Part shown: positions 14,244-27,329 of the stretch, piece by piece
How positions within the stretch are numbered: the first letter of the stretch is position 1
Layout of the letters: the number at the start of each line of letters is the position of its first letter
Source of the DNA: Octopus sinensis
Taxonomy: Eukaryota
NCBI RefSeq assembly: GCF_006345805.1
Contig: NC_042999.1
Span: 115,382,001 to 115,446,000, forward strand
DNA length: 64,000 bases
Direction of reading: 5' to 3'
Position numbers and translations under genes: made by a program
Notes under the pieces: model-generated
The model's input: the letters and a program-made list of their open reading frames with translations, nothing else
Database searches by the model: none
Told to the model about the DNA's origin: nothing

Positions 14244-15727
14244 TAAGGCTATAGTGGAAGACACTAAGGCGCCAAGAAAGAGGACTGAACTTAGAACCAT
14301 GTGCAGAGAGAGAGAGAGAGAGGGTGGAGGGAGAGAGAAAAATATTTGAGAAGATAACTATGAAGAATAGAAAAAATAGAAATTAAGATGTACAGTTAAA
14401 GGTGCAGTAACATCTCATGAAAACAAGTAGAATATCCAGTCAAATCATAGTTGAAATATAAAATAATAAAATTATCATAATATGCCAAATCAGTTAACAG
14501 TTACAAAAAAAAAAGGATGAAACTGAAGTGGGAAATGAGATATTTAGGAATAAGATAATCGGATAGTAATCATTGGAAGTTGTTAATACTCTCCTTATAA
14601 AAGATTAAAGGAAGTTGCAAGATTATAATTATGCAAAAAGAGATAAGTATGATAGTAAGAAATGAAATTGATAAAAAATGTATACCTAACTGTAACCATG
14701 ATTGTCTAGATGCATTTGTGTTACACTGTTTGGAAATCATGATGAAGTAACGGGTTGGGGTTTTCTTTTAATAGTGGATGGACCTGCATAATCATTATAT
14801 GCATATATGTTCCAGCATGTTGAATGATTTAACAATTCCATTAGTTATTACAACAGATATAACTAGATAAAAACTGCAACATCAATATCTTCATTTCTAT
14901 ATTTCTTCTATGTGTGTGTAATTTAATTTTAACTGGTTTAGTTATTAGACTATGGCCAAGCTTAGACACATCCTTCCACACACACAAACATATATAAATT
15001 TCATGTAGAAGTCATTGGTTAGGGTTAGGCAATAGCAAAAGACATTTGCAGCAGTGGAATGATATACAAACATATTTATATATCTTCTCTTTTATCTTTT
15101 ACATATTTTAGTCATTGGACTGTGGCCCTGCTGGGGCACTGCCTTGAAGGGTTTAGTTGAACAAATCTACCCTAGTACTTATTTTAAAGCCTGGTACTTA
15201 TTTTATCATGCTCTTTTGCTGAACTGCTAGGTTATGGGGATGTAAACAAACAAACACCAATTGTCATGCAGTGGTAGAGGAACAAACAGAAACACACACA
15301 CACATAGATACACACACACATGCACACACACACACAAACACATAGCTATACATAAATGACAAGCTTCTTTCAGTTTACCTCTACCAAATCCATTCACAAG
15401 GCTTTGTTCATTCCAGAGTCATAGTAGAAGATACCAGCCCCAAATGCCATACAGTGAGTTTAAACCTGAAATTGGGTGTATGGAAATGAAGCTTCTTACC
15501 ACACAGCCATACCTAAGTGTGTGTGTGTGTAATATATACATACATATATATATATATATATAAAGTTGTATTTAAAATTAAAGTTTAGGTCAGAAACTTT
15601 AAGGTGTAATATCCAGTGTGCCTGCAGAGCATGTTCACTGCTTGTGGTTATCAGGCATCAACCAGGGTAGTGCACCTTCATTGCTAGATGTACGTAAGAA
15701 ATTCCTTGGTGCATGTTGAGTGTGTTC

Positions 15728-16069
15728 TAAATGATTAATACAGAAGATGGAGTGTACTGAAAGCTTTATTTAGGACAATGATCCTTTCAGCTTACTTCTG
15801 CACTGGTCCCTTGTGGATGGGAAACTATGTAATGGAAATGAATGCACCCCATAGTGCAGAAGAAACCTCTTCAGATGTACAGTGAACTATACATCTTATA
15901 ACACTGAACCACCTTATGCGGCCTGAGGAGGTTTCTTCTGCACTATAGGGTGCATTTGTTTCCATTACATTATTCTTCACCCACTAGGGAGTAGTGTAGA
16001 AGTAAGCTGAAACAATCGTTGTCCTAAATAAAGCTTTCAGTACACTTTGTCTTCTGTACTAATCATTTA
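15728..16069. repeat. 342-bp palindrome: two inverted ~147-bp Penelope pLTR-like arms, each carrying a hammerhead core
   Basis: Arms 15728-15874 and 15923-16069, roughly 85% complementary by eye, 48-bp spacer; each reads CTGA(A/G)GA-long stem II-GAAA..GTC-CTAAATAAA outward. Confidence 0.75.
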
Positions 16070-16460
16070 AAAATATATATATATATATATAATCTAAAAT
16101 TTATTGTATTAAATATCCATCACGGCTGATCTTACCAATCAATTTCATGTAAAGACTACAATAGAGTGTTTGGTAACAATCCAATGATATAACTGTGCTC
16201 ATCAGAGATAGCCAATATGGAAGGGAATATGGCAACTGCTCTCTATTTCAGTGATGGATTAGCACAATTGGTCAGCCGCTGCTGTGAAAAAGGTGGTGAA
16301 ACAAAGAAGGGTCCATTGTATTCTTTACATAAAACTAATTGGTAAGATCAGCTATGATGTATATTTAATACTATAAACTTTGGATAATATACCCACTTAA
16401 CTGACAGATATATGAGTGCATCTTCTCCTTGACTTATGGTCTCTTAGATGATGCACGCAT

Positions 16461-16801
16461 ACTTATTCTTTGTAAGCCCTGTACTTATTCTATCGGTCTC
16501 TTTTGCCGAACCGCTAAGTGACGGGGACATAAACACACCACCATCGGTTGTCAAGCGATGTTGGGGGGACAAACACAGACACACAAACATATTCACATAT
16601 ATATATATATATACATATATATGACGGGCTTCTTTCAGTTTCCGTCTACCAAATCCACTCACAAGGCTTTGGTCGGCCTGAGGCTATAGTAGAAGACACT
16701 TGCCCAAGGTGCCATGCAGTGGGACTGAACCCGGAACCATGTGGTTGGTAAACAAACTACTTACCACACAGCCACTCCTGCACCTATAAGCCACTCCTGC
16801 G

Positions 16802-16805
<4 letters not shown>
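16461..16805 (-). mobile_element. SINE family 1 copy
   Basis: Near-identical reverse complement of 62921-63250; head duplicated (GCCACTCCTGC x2). Confidence 0.85.

Positions 16806-16856
<51 letters not shown>
16804..16856. repeat. (TA)n microsatellite; one of many (TA)n, (CA)n, (GA)n, (GAT)n tracts (e.g. 5177-5207, 10108-10153, 10411-10440, 21090-21110, 21535-21592, 60730-60752)
   Basis: Direct observation. Confidence 0.95.
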
Positions 16857-16858
<2 letters not shown>

Positions 16859-17194
16859 TCAAAGTATAGTTAGCAATTTGAAAAACTATAATCAAGAAAC
16901 ATGTGTATGTGCATGTATATACAAGTAGAGTTTGGAACATTTATGGGTCATGTCAGAGGCACAAGGGGCAAAGTGCCCATGAACCAGGTAATCCTTCAGA
17001 TATCTGTATGATTATTCATACAATATTTCCTGCTACTTCACTCCTTTACCCTTTCGTCTTTTCATTTTTAATTTTATGTCCATAAGAATAAAACAACTGT
17101 TTTGCTCCCTAAAACAGTGCTTTTTTTTTTTTTTTACAATATATTTGTTTTGGATAATTGTTGATCACAATGCTGTTGGATTTACCTACAGTTC

Positions 17195-17340
17195 AAGATG
17201 TCTGGAGAAAAGCCATCAAGTGGAACTGATGGCAATAATGCCAAAAGGCACTATAAAGGGATCACACTAGATATTAACCTGATTTTTAAAAAGGTTTGAT
17301 GTGGTAGAAAAATATCAGCCACATTTCCAAAACATTAATG
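17195..17340 (+). mobile_element. Possible Tigger/pogo 5' fragment
   Basis: MSGEKPSSGTDGNNAKRHYKGITLDIN resembles Tigger N-termini. Confidence 0.35.
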
Positions 17341-20300
17341 CTTGCAATGTTTATAGTGACAGCAATATGTAACCATAAAGAGAAAATTAAATGAAGTGCT
17401 CAAGAATCTACTCTGTTAACTGCTTGGGCCCTATTTTCCCATAGAGCTAATGTAACTTTCATTATTTCAGATATGATTATTTAACAATTTCTAAATCTCT
17501 GGTTTTAAAATTCATTGAACATTGTTTTAAAAATTAACCACCTGACACCAGTTAGATGGTTAAGCATTAAAATACTTTTTAAGTATGTCTCAGGGAATGC
17601 TTAATTAGTTTAATTATTAGGTTAGTCGCTTTAGATAGTTTGGGTAGCAATGGTTTATATCAGTCTGAATAAGTTAAAACTTATAAAACAATTGAGAGAC
17701 ATGTTGATATTACATAAGAGAAAAGTAGAAATTAATGTTTTTTGTCAAGGCCTTTTTAGAGGAGAAGAAAATTTTCTCTTCTAAGGTTCTACTTACTGGA
17801 CATTGCTTATGTTTCATACTTCTATTGTTCATTTATTGGAACTAATTTTTTTACAATTTGAGTTAAAATACTTGGGTATTATCAAGAAAGGATGTAAAGC
17901 TACTTTTCTTTTTCTAATTATGATTACTTAGTCAATAATGTTTTGTTACTGTAGCACATTCACCAGGTCCTTTTGTGAGATCTGATGATTACTACGGAAA
18001 TAAGATTTGAAAACAGAATTACTGATATATAAATTACTGAAATTACAGCAGAAAAGAAACAGTATTTGTCAACTTAATATTTTGAATCTGTTTATCTTGG
18101 TCAGCTACAAGCTGTTAAAATATTTTTGTTTGAATTTTGAATTTTGAATTTGTAGAATTCCAGACAAAGAGCATATTCTACAGACAATTGCTCATTTCAA
18201 AAGAACATATATACTAGCAGACAGATTTATTCTTCCTCTTTTCTTTAATCTCACTATCATCTCACTCTTCTTCTTTGCCACCAGTCCTTCTTCAACATAT
18301 TGCTTCTATTCATGTTCCTTACACCAATAATCATGCAGCTATCTAACATACTGTCTCTTTTCTTTTACTATCTCTTCTATTACCTTCTCATTTTTATTTT
18401 TCTGCTGATTCCTTTTACTACGCTATAACATTTTCACTCTGGCTCTTTTCTTTTTTCACTTGTGTAGAAAGAAAGGAACAAGTGAATGGAGAAAATGTAG
18501 GGCAGTGGAGACCCTCTTCAGTTTTCCTTGGAGTGAGACAGTTCACTGGTGCTAGTAAATAAATGGATGGAAACAACATAGGGAGAGAACTCTTTAGTCT
18601 TGTTGAGAACAAGATAACCTTTCTATAGTTGTCACAGTAAAATGCACACTGTATACTTTGTAAAATGACTAACAATAGGAAGGGTATCATGCTATAATTT
18701 AATCTTTGAGTGAGATTCTATGACAACAACTCTCAACAAGAATTGTTTCAAACTGTGACTACCACTGCCAACATAAAAAAAAAATGAAAATGATGCTGAT
18801 GATGATTAAGTATAAAATATTTTTCTCAGAAGGTTTTAAAATAATTGGATTTGCATTTTTTATCTTATTTTATTGCTATTAAATGTGATCTAAGCAATAA
18901 ATAGAGGGATCTTTACATAAAACTCCACTCACCATAAAAATGTTTTTACACCAAAAAGTTAAGTAAGATGTATGAAAAGTGACATTTGTGAAAATTTCAA
19001 TATGCTTACAGATTATTGATTTCAAGAGCTTTTGAATCGTAATGAAGAGAAATTGGACAATATAAATAGAATAATCACTATGATACCCTGGGAGCTTTCC
19101 AGAAATACTAATTTATAATCCTACAATAGTAGCAATGTTGCCAATTTAAGATTTCTTAAGGTTATTTTTATTCAGTTAATTCTGCTAAATTCTTATCTAC
19201 TTTAAAAGCTATAAATAAGAAATCAATCTTATAATAGTGCTGCTGTTAAGAAAGTAGCTGACATAAAAAAAGTAGTTTAAAGAAAAGTTGTTCAGGTAAG
19301 ACAATAGTGTATTATGGAAGAATCTAAAAGCATTAGTCTACAAAAACATACAAAGCTTAGTCAGAAAGTAATGCAAATAAAAATTGCATAACTTTTTGAC
19401 TAACCAGTGTATGTACAAACGTGACTCAAAAAGAATTGCAAATAAAAATTGCATTAGTTTTAGAGTCACTCTCATAATTCAGGAGTGTTTAAATTAAGAG
19501 CAGACAATTCATTATTATCAACAAAATTTAGTTAACAGCTTTGAATATTCAGGTTGTCATCTTTCGATGTGATTATTTTCATTTTTTAATCTTTACTTGT
19601 TTCAGTTATTGGATTAAGGCTATGCTGGGACACTGCCTTGAAGGGTTTAGCTAAATAAATTGATCCCAGTACTAATTTTGTAAGCTTTATTCTATTGGAC
19701 ACTTTTTGACAAACTGCTAAGTTATAAGGATGTAAACAAACAAATGCCAGTTGTCAAGTGGTAGTGGAACACACACCCACCCACACACACATGATGGGTT
19801 TCTTTCAGTTTTTGTCTACCAATACACTTACAAGGCTTTATAGCAGAAGACACTTGGCCAATATACTGTGCGGTGGGACTGAAACCAAGACCACATGGTT
19901 GAGAAGTAAGCTCCAAAAAGTTGAAAGTATGTATACATACATACATACACATATATACATGCATATACAAATATATATATAAACATATATGTATATGTAC
20001 ATTTAAATAATACCCATAAGTTTATTAGGATAAAAATAAAAGCCGGTTAGAAAAGTTATAAATCACACCAAGGAAATTTACAATGCAAGTGTTTGTTTTG
20101 ATTTTGATAAAGAAATTATATTCTTTAAAGAAGTGATGACGTTTTCCCTATTCCTGTCTATTTGTCATGTGTTTGTATTTGTAAGTGTAAGAAGACTGTT
20201 GATGCAGTACAAACTAATTTTGATTGTAAATAGTTTCTTTTTCATTTGGCTAAGGGGAGTCTAATGAGATCAATCACTTCCATCAAGTCACTGGTTTCCA

Positions 20301-21537
20301 TACAGATGTTGGAAGAAGTTCTGGAATTATTCTAATCCAAAGTCATCAAAAATTTACAAGAGAATTTTCTCTCTAAGCAAAGTGTAGACTGTACGATGCT
20401 AGTGTACAAACTGCAATGCTGCATGGTAGTGTGACATGAGCATAGGATGCAGAGGATGGGTGAAGTTTGGAAATAAATGAAGTAAGTCTAATCTGCTGAA
20501 TGTGTTATAAAAGAAAGCTATAAAATCTGGGAATAAGAGGAATCATTTGTAATGTACAAGAAAGATGGTTATGCTGGTATGGATGTATAATGCATAAGGA
20601 TCATAACAGATGGGTGAAGACGTGCCAGGAAATTCATGAGGTAGAAATCAGTGGAAGAAAAACACCAAGGTAGACATGAGCAAAAGGGAAGGCTCATCTC
20701 AGGAAGTGGAACCTCACAAAGGAAATAACAAAGAGAAATGCAAGAAACTTCAAAAGACCTTGCATATGTATATCTGTTATGCATACATCTGTTAAAATTC
20801 ACGTGTCAAACTGCTGCTGCTGTAAAGCTTTAACCTTCATACTTTAGCTGTTTCTCTTCTTATGAGTACTCATTATTTTTACATGAGAATAATGTCTATT
20901 ATTCTATATTTAGTGGGTTTAATTTTATTGAGGATTTTTGCTTTATTTTAATATCTTTTTCATTTCAAATCATTATATTTTCTTCTGATGTAAATGAGTT
21001 TGTATATTAATACACTGCTTTTAGGTTGTATTGTCAGTTATTTTCTAAAATCATATTTTACTAATGAAACGAACGTTAAACGATGATGATGATGATGATG
21101 ATGATGATGAAACATTGTGAGAGAGTTACATGGACCTGTTCCTTAATTGGGTATTTTAGTGTATACCACATTAAAGAAGAGCATATGACATTGCTTTAGC
21201 TATTCCAACATTTTTTGACAAGACAGAATAATTAGATTGCTTTTAAACTCAAGCTGAATTCACTGTTATAGACAGAAATAGAGGTTGCTATTGAATTTTT
21301 TACAGAGATGAAACCGAATTGTGATGATGCAAAATACTTAAAACTGGTAGTAGCAAATAATAAAATTTAGAGAAAGAAGAAAAAAATGTGTTGACATCTT
21401 TGTAGCTGGTCAGTCTTTCAATAGTAAATGATTCTTGGCTTTTAGAAATGGCAAACCCAGCTGGTCACTCCAAGGGGGGGGGGGAATGTCACTTCTCAAA
21501 AAATTGTCTGGGTTTCTTTTTATCATTGTCTTGTGTA

Positions 21538-21571
<34 letters not shown>

Positions 21572-21834
21572 TGTGTGTGTGTGTGTGTGTGTGCATATGT
21601 GTGTGTGGATGCCTGTGTATCTGATAGGAGTGTCAATGGAAAAGAGAAGGGAAGGAAGAGAGAAAGAAGAAATAATTGTGTTGACATCTATACTGCTGTT
21701 CAGTTCTTTCAATCCAATGTTTGATTCCTGTGCTGATATGGGTTGGAGAATCTGGATGAAAGATTATTTTTATTTATGTATATGTACATATGTATAGTAC
21801 TGTGTGTGTGTGTGTATTTAATACAATTTACTTT

Positions 21835-23195
21835 ACAAAATTGGTCCTTCATCTAGTGCAAATTATTATAGAAATATTTTCAGCCATTCAATTTGGGGGA
21901 GAACTTTATTATGAAGTATTTTTCCATATTTTTCCTGAAGGAGGTGTCATTCTTTGGGCATTTATAGAAGAGAAAGATCTTAAATTTTCTTTCTTCACAT
22001 GTATCTAGGTGTTTACTCAGTGGAATCTTTCGCAGTATTGTCAAAAATGTGAATTTCAGGAAGTACCCTAGAAGGTGTAATATACGTCAACAGACAATCA
22101 GAAAATTACTTGTCGACTTCAAGAAAGCTCCAGGGATACTTGTACCAGCAGACAAAACAAGTAACATTTACATTGTTGATGTTGATCAACATAAGTCTAT
22201 GATTAGGAAGGAATTACGCAGCAAATATAGACATGCTAGTAATGATGTATTAAAACGAATTAACAATACAGGGCTACAAATCATTAGAGATCTAGCCATA
22301 GATGATAGAACAGAACCCTATGTCCCCTGAAAACCCTAGATTTTGCTTAAGGACCATAAACCTAACTTTCTTATCGACCCCTCAGATTGATGTGTCCTTC
22401 TAAATCTGATATAGCCATTATTAGTAAAAATATCATTGACAGGGTAATATCCGTCCTTAAGTCTAAAATTAGATTAGCCCTCTGGTCTGATACCCAAAAG
22501 GTGGTTGGATGATTCAAGCTTCTAGAAATTAATAAGACTAGTAAATTCTTGCAACTTGATATAGAGAGCTGCTATGCCACTATCAACTCGATCATTCTCA
22601 ATCAAGCCCTGATTTTTAGCATGAAAATTTCTGATTTGTCCTGACATGAAATAGATATTATTCTTGCCGCACTAGCCACTCTAGCAGATTTTGATGGTAC
22701 ATTATGGAGTAGATTAGATAGAGAAAATGCATTTGATATAGCAATGGGCACACACGATTCTGCTCAGGTCAGCAACTAGTCAGAATATATATCCTTTCAT
22801 TAATCCAGTCTTCTTTTCTGGAAGTAATAGGGGGTCTATATAAGGATGATGCCTTATTTTTTCTAGACAGAAGTAGTAGAGTACAGTTAGAAAGGTATAG
22901 GAAAAATTTCTTTAGATTTTTCAAAAATATAGTACTAAACATTGCTATAGGTAAAGATTATCATAGAGTGAATTTACTTGACGCTACCTTCTGTCTTAAT
23001 ACTGGATTATTTGAACCACTTCATAAACCGAATGATCATATTAAGTACATTAACGTAGCATCCAACCATCCACCCTCGATCATATGGCGACTAGTTAAGA
23101 ATATTTCAACTAGAAACTATAGATTCTCTGCTAACAGTGAAATTTTCGAATCTCATGCATCATATTATAATGATGCTCTAGCTAAGGCTAGGTAC
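21835..23195 (+). mobile_element. Penelope-like retroelement remnant: RT on plus (22030-23195) with an inverted C-terminal piece on minus (~21835-22015)
   Basis: VPADKTSNIY, LKDHKPNF, LQLDIESCY, FDIAMG, GLYKDDAL, SNHPPSI, YNDAL; minus-strand HLDTCEERKFKIFLFYK...KYFIIKFSPKLNG* resembles a PLE GIY-YIG C-terminus. Confidence 0.78.
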
Positions 23196-23676
23196 ACACA
23201 CACATATACATAATATTCACTGTAAACATTAGAACTTAAAGTCTGAGAGACAATGTGAAATAAGACTTTTTTCAAATGATGAAACTTAAAACAAATAAAG
23301 CTTTAAATAATGTGTAAAACATTGGATATGAAAAAAAAAAACCTTTGGATATATTTACACATTATTATTTATAGCTTTACTTGCTTTAAGTTTCACTGTT
23401 CAAAAAAGAATCCTACATACACACATACATAAAAACACATATAGGATGGACACCAGGAAAAGTATCAGGCAGTAAAACACTGCTTCAAAAAGCCTAATCC
23501 GACTCATGTCAGCATGGAAAAATGGATGTGAAATGTAATAACAAACAGTGATATGTCCCTTCTGGTTGAAAACTCTATAGAGTTACTGAGAGTTTCACAT
23601 TATGTTTCACGTTATGGAAGGCGTGACTGAGCAAATATATGGTATTTTCTGTCAGAATAAATATAGTAATCTTTAA

Positions 23677-25214
23677 TTACCTCTGCATTAGCGAAAGCAG
23701 GGGCATTGTTTTCAGTAGTGTTTGTTTGTTCGTTCGTTGACAAGATATCTCAAGAACCAAAGTTTTATTTTCGTTTCTCTATTATTAATCTTACTTGCAT
23801 CTCTATCTTAGTAGATAAAGAAATCAAACTACATAAACAAATGACAGCAAAACCATTCAGAAATTAAATAACACTAATATATTCAGTAACAATAATAAAT
23901 TTAATTTATCCTCGACAATTTTTAGTTTACCAATTTTGAATATATTGCTCCTGTTTAAAACCTCTTACCTACTTGACAATTGCATTTCAAGCTCTGCCTT
24001 GAAGAAAGCTTTTGTAGTGACCCCTGGTGGTCAAGAAGGGAAGCAAAACGAAAAAGGGATCTAATGAGAGTAATCTCCTTCGACCGTCTCAAAAATTCTT
24101 GACCTTTCTAGAAGCTTCCAATTAACTTCCAAATGACATGGAAGTCTGGGACTGCCAGTTCATCCCTTATATTCAGTACCTATCATGATGCATATACTGA
24201 TTTTCTCCTATTTTACTACTTGTTTTGCAAGCACATGTTTCTGTTACCTTGTTTTGCTTTGTATCTGCCTTGTATCACTACAATGATTTTGCTTATCGAC
24301 TTCTCATCTGTGGAGAGAGTTATGTAGTGACCCCTGGCAGTCAAGCAGGAAAGCAAAATGAAAAAAGGATCTAACGAGAGTATCTCCTTCAACCTTCTTG
24401 AAAATTCTTGAACATTCTAGAAGCTTCCAATTAACTTCTGGATGACATGGAAGTCAGGGACTTCCTGTTCATCCCTTATATAAAGGAAAACATTCTAATT
24501 TCGTGTCACTCTTGCCTGTCAGATCCTAGACATGCATTGAGTCATGCCACTCACGGATGTTCGCCTTATTTGCTTTGAGACATGTGGTTGCAAACTATGT
24601 TCATGTGATGTTACAAGCTTTTCCTTCAATTAACATTATATGTTAACGCATTACATCCAGTAATAAATATGTTATGTCTTATTACAAACGTCTTACAAAT
24701 TCTTATTTTCTCATTGTTTACATACAAGATGGTAACCCTCTTTCTTGCATGCAATTATAAAAATTATAGGATGTCACTCACTGACAATCACTATACTTTA
24801 CTTCTTAGGCTCACATTTTTGTGTGCAACAATGTTGTTAAACCATTAACAGCACCATATGCAGGTCCTTTCCATTTTCTTTCATGCATGGATAAATTTTT
24901 CACTATAGACCTTAATGGTCATAAAGACACTATATCAGTGGATAGACTAAAAAAGCCCTTCATAGAGAGAGCTGTCCCTGTTCCCACTGCAGATGACACA
25001 CACAGTATTACAAACATGCACATCCACCTTCACATTCCATGACTCGGACAAGGATTCTGGATTATTTTTCTGAATTTTTTACTTAATTTTTGAGAGCGGT
25101 TGGGTTCATTTTTAGCTTTCTCGTTTGTGAGAGCAGTCGAGTTTATTTAAGATATTCTCATTTTAAAAATCGTGTTGCCTTGGCAGAGGTTTGTGCTCTT
25201 TGAGTGCTCTTGTT
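23677..25214 (+). mobile_element. Helentron/HINE (DINE-1-like) non-autonomous element hosting the Gypsy pieces
   Basis: Subterminal inverted repeat ACCTCTGC (23679-86) / GCAGAGGT (25183-90), followed by 3' hairpin GTGCTC-TTT-GAGTGC (25193-25207). Confidence 0.45.
24013..25060 (+). mobile_element. Gypsy-type LTR pieces and integrase C-terminal fragment
   Basis: Two TGTAGTGAC-starting copies (24013, 24323) sharing ~160 bp and ending TCACTACA (24282) / GTCACTCA (24780); TATA 24476-83; KPLTAPYAGPF...KDTISVDRLKK at 24821-25042. Confidence 0.65.
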
Positions 25215-27329
25215 ATTATTGAGTTCTTTCTTTAGTTGCTGTTAAATCTTCTTTTTTTAAACCACCAGAACAATTATATATAATAGTGAACTTCTGCTTA
25301 TCATAGTATCTGAAGTCTATATATCATATTTTAGACATGATATTTATAAATTCATTTTATCTGATACATGTTCATATAATCAATATTTAAATTGCTAAAA
25401 AAGAGTATTATATACAAGATCAATACTGAATATTAGCTATCAGTAATTTTGGCTGCTAGCATATTTATGCATTTATGTTTAATTCTATGTTCAAAGAGAT
25501 CTCTTCAATTAATGAAATATTTCAACAATTTTTCAAAAGTATGACAATGGGAATATGATTTATTTTTTAAAAATCTTTTTGGACTGACAGATTAAAATGT
25601 TTTGTAGTTATTTTTTTCTTATAGAAGCAAATTTATCAATGCATCAAATAAATACAAATTCTTTTTAGATTCTGTCTTTCAGCAATACATTATATACTAA
25701 TTTTTATTAATTGAGAGAAAATTTTTTGAATAGACCTGTGAAAAGTAAGGGAAAATAAATGAAAACTCATTACATATGAGTCTCTTTATCAATTTCTTTT
25801 ATTACATTACACAAAAATAGATTAGTTTATCTTTTGTTAGATACAGTAGATTATTTTTAGTACAAAACTGAAAATTTAGATGGCTAAGTAACCATAAGAA
25901 TACTATTACTCACTGAAAAAACGGTTGGTTACTTAGATAAATTGCAATGGGGAATAAAACACTTTTGAAAAAGTAGAGTAGCAGGTAAAAAAAAATGTCA
26001 AATGAATTTTTTATTGAGTGAATGTAGCAGAACAAGAAATGTGTGCCAATCATGTTAGAAAAACTAGTTATTTGGTTGTTTTGACAACTAAGAAGGTTTT
26101 AAAAAAACAAAAAACCTGATAGTATTTGACAACAAATCAGTTATCAAAAGCCATAAAAATAAATTTACATGCTTGTTTTAGTATTATTTCACAATAAATT
26201 TGTAGTGAATACCTCTTGCTGACCGCCTATGTACAACTAGAAAAGAATGTACATATTCCCATTTCTCAGACTAATTTGTATTATTCAAACATCAGAAATC
26301 CTTTCAGTATGATCATAAGAGAATATAGAAATATACACATTACTATTATAGTTGATGAAAATCAAGTAAAACAGAATATGTTTTTGAAGGTCTAGTTTTT
26401 TTTTTGATGGAAAAGCTAGACCTGTAGTTTCCATGAAATTGTGGGATGGAGGATTAGGTGGGGGCTGGTTCTATTGATATTATTTTTGAAGAACTGCATA
26501 TATGTAGTTGTCTATTCCCAGATCAGCCTCTATAGAACAGACCTATGATCAAAGGCATTCCAGCCATGATCATCCCATCTTTTATTTATTTTTTGAATTA
26601 TAGTATCCAATATGCCCTTTTGTTAAGAGTGTAGGGGGTGATTAGAGGGAACTTGGTTGCTATTTCTAGCAGGCCATATAGCTATGTAGAGGTGCTTTCA
26701 GTTATTCAAATATATTTCACAAGCAGGACACTCCCAAACCTGAGCACTGTACACAATAATTTCATTATTATTATTATACTACTCAATGAGGAGATTTGAA
26801 GAAATTGTTAAAAAGGGAGCAGTAAGGAAATTTAGGTTAGAGAAGTGTAGTATAGGGGTTTTAACTGGGACTGGGCTAAAACCTACAGATACTTTAGTGA
26901 TGGGAGGGAAGAAATATGCTAATGAATCAGAGGCTGGTGTATATTAGGGAAGTGAGATTACCAATTAAAATATTTCTTTTTTTAGTGTTCATTTAAGGAC
27001 ATTGTAATAAAAAGAAAAAAGGTGTAAAAAAATGGAATAGAGAAGAAAAGACTTTTGGAAGAAGAATCCGATTTATTTAAGTTGATGGCTTACAACAGAA
27101 ATTCAAAATGGTTGAAAAATTCTCCTACAAAATGTTACAAGTTTGGACAAAAGAATTAGAACTGAAATATTTTTCAAAATAATCTGTGAATGGGCTGAAA
27201 AGAAATGAGTATAATATGAAAAGAGAACAAGAGAATTGCAATGAAAAGAAGTATTAAGAAAAATTTGTTGGTTGACAAAAATAGAAATTTGAATAAGAGT
27301 TAGTTGTGTTTAGTTTTCTTTTAGTGAAG

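Noticed and set aside
22328-22644. In-frame TGA codons (22328, 22510, 22642) in the Penelope-like RT as selenocysteine, as reported for some Naiad elements
   Set aside because: The copy also has a TAG (22337) and frameshifts, the 22510 TGA aligns with an expected Trp, and I saw no SECIS; ordinary decay explains it.
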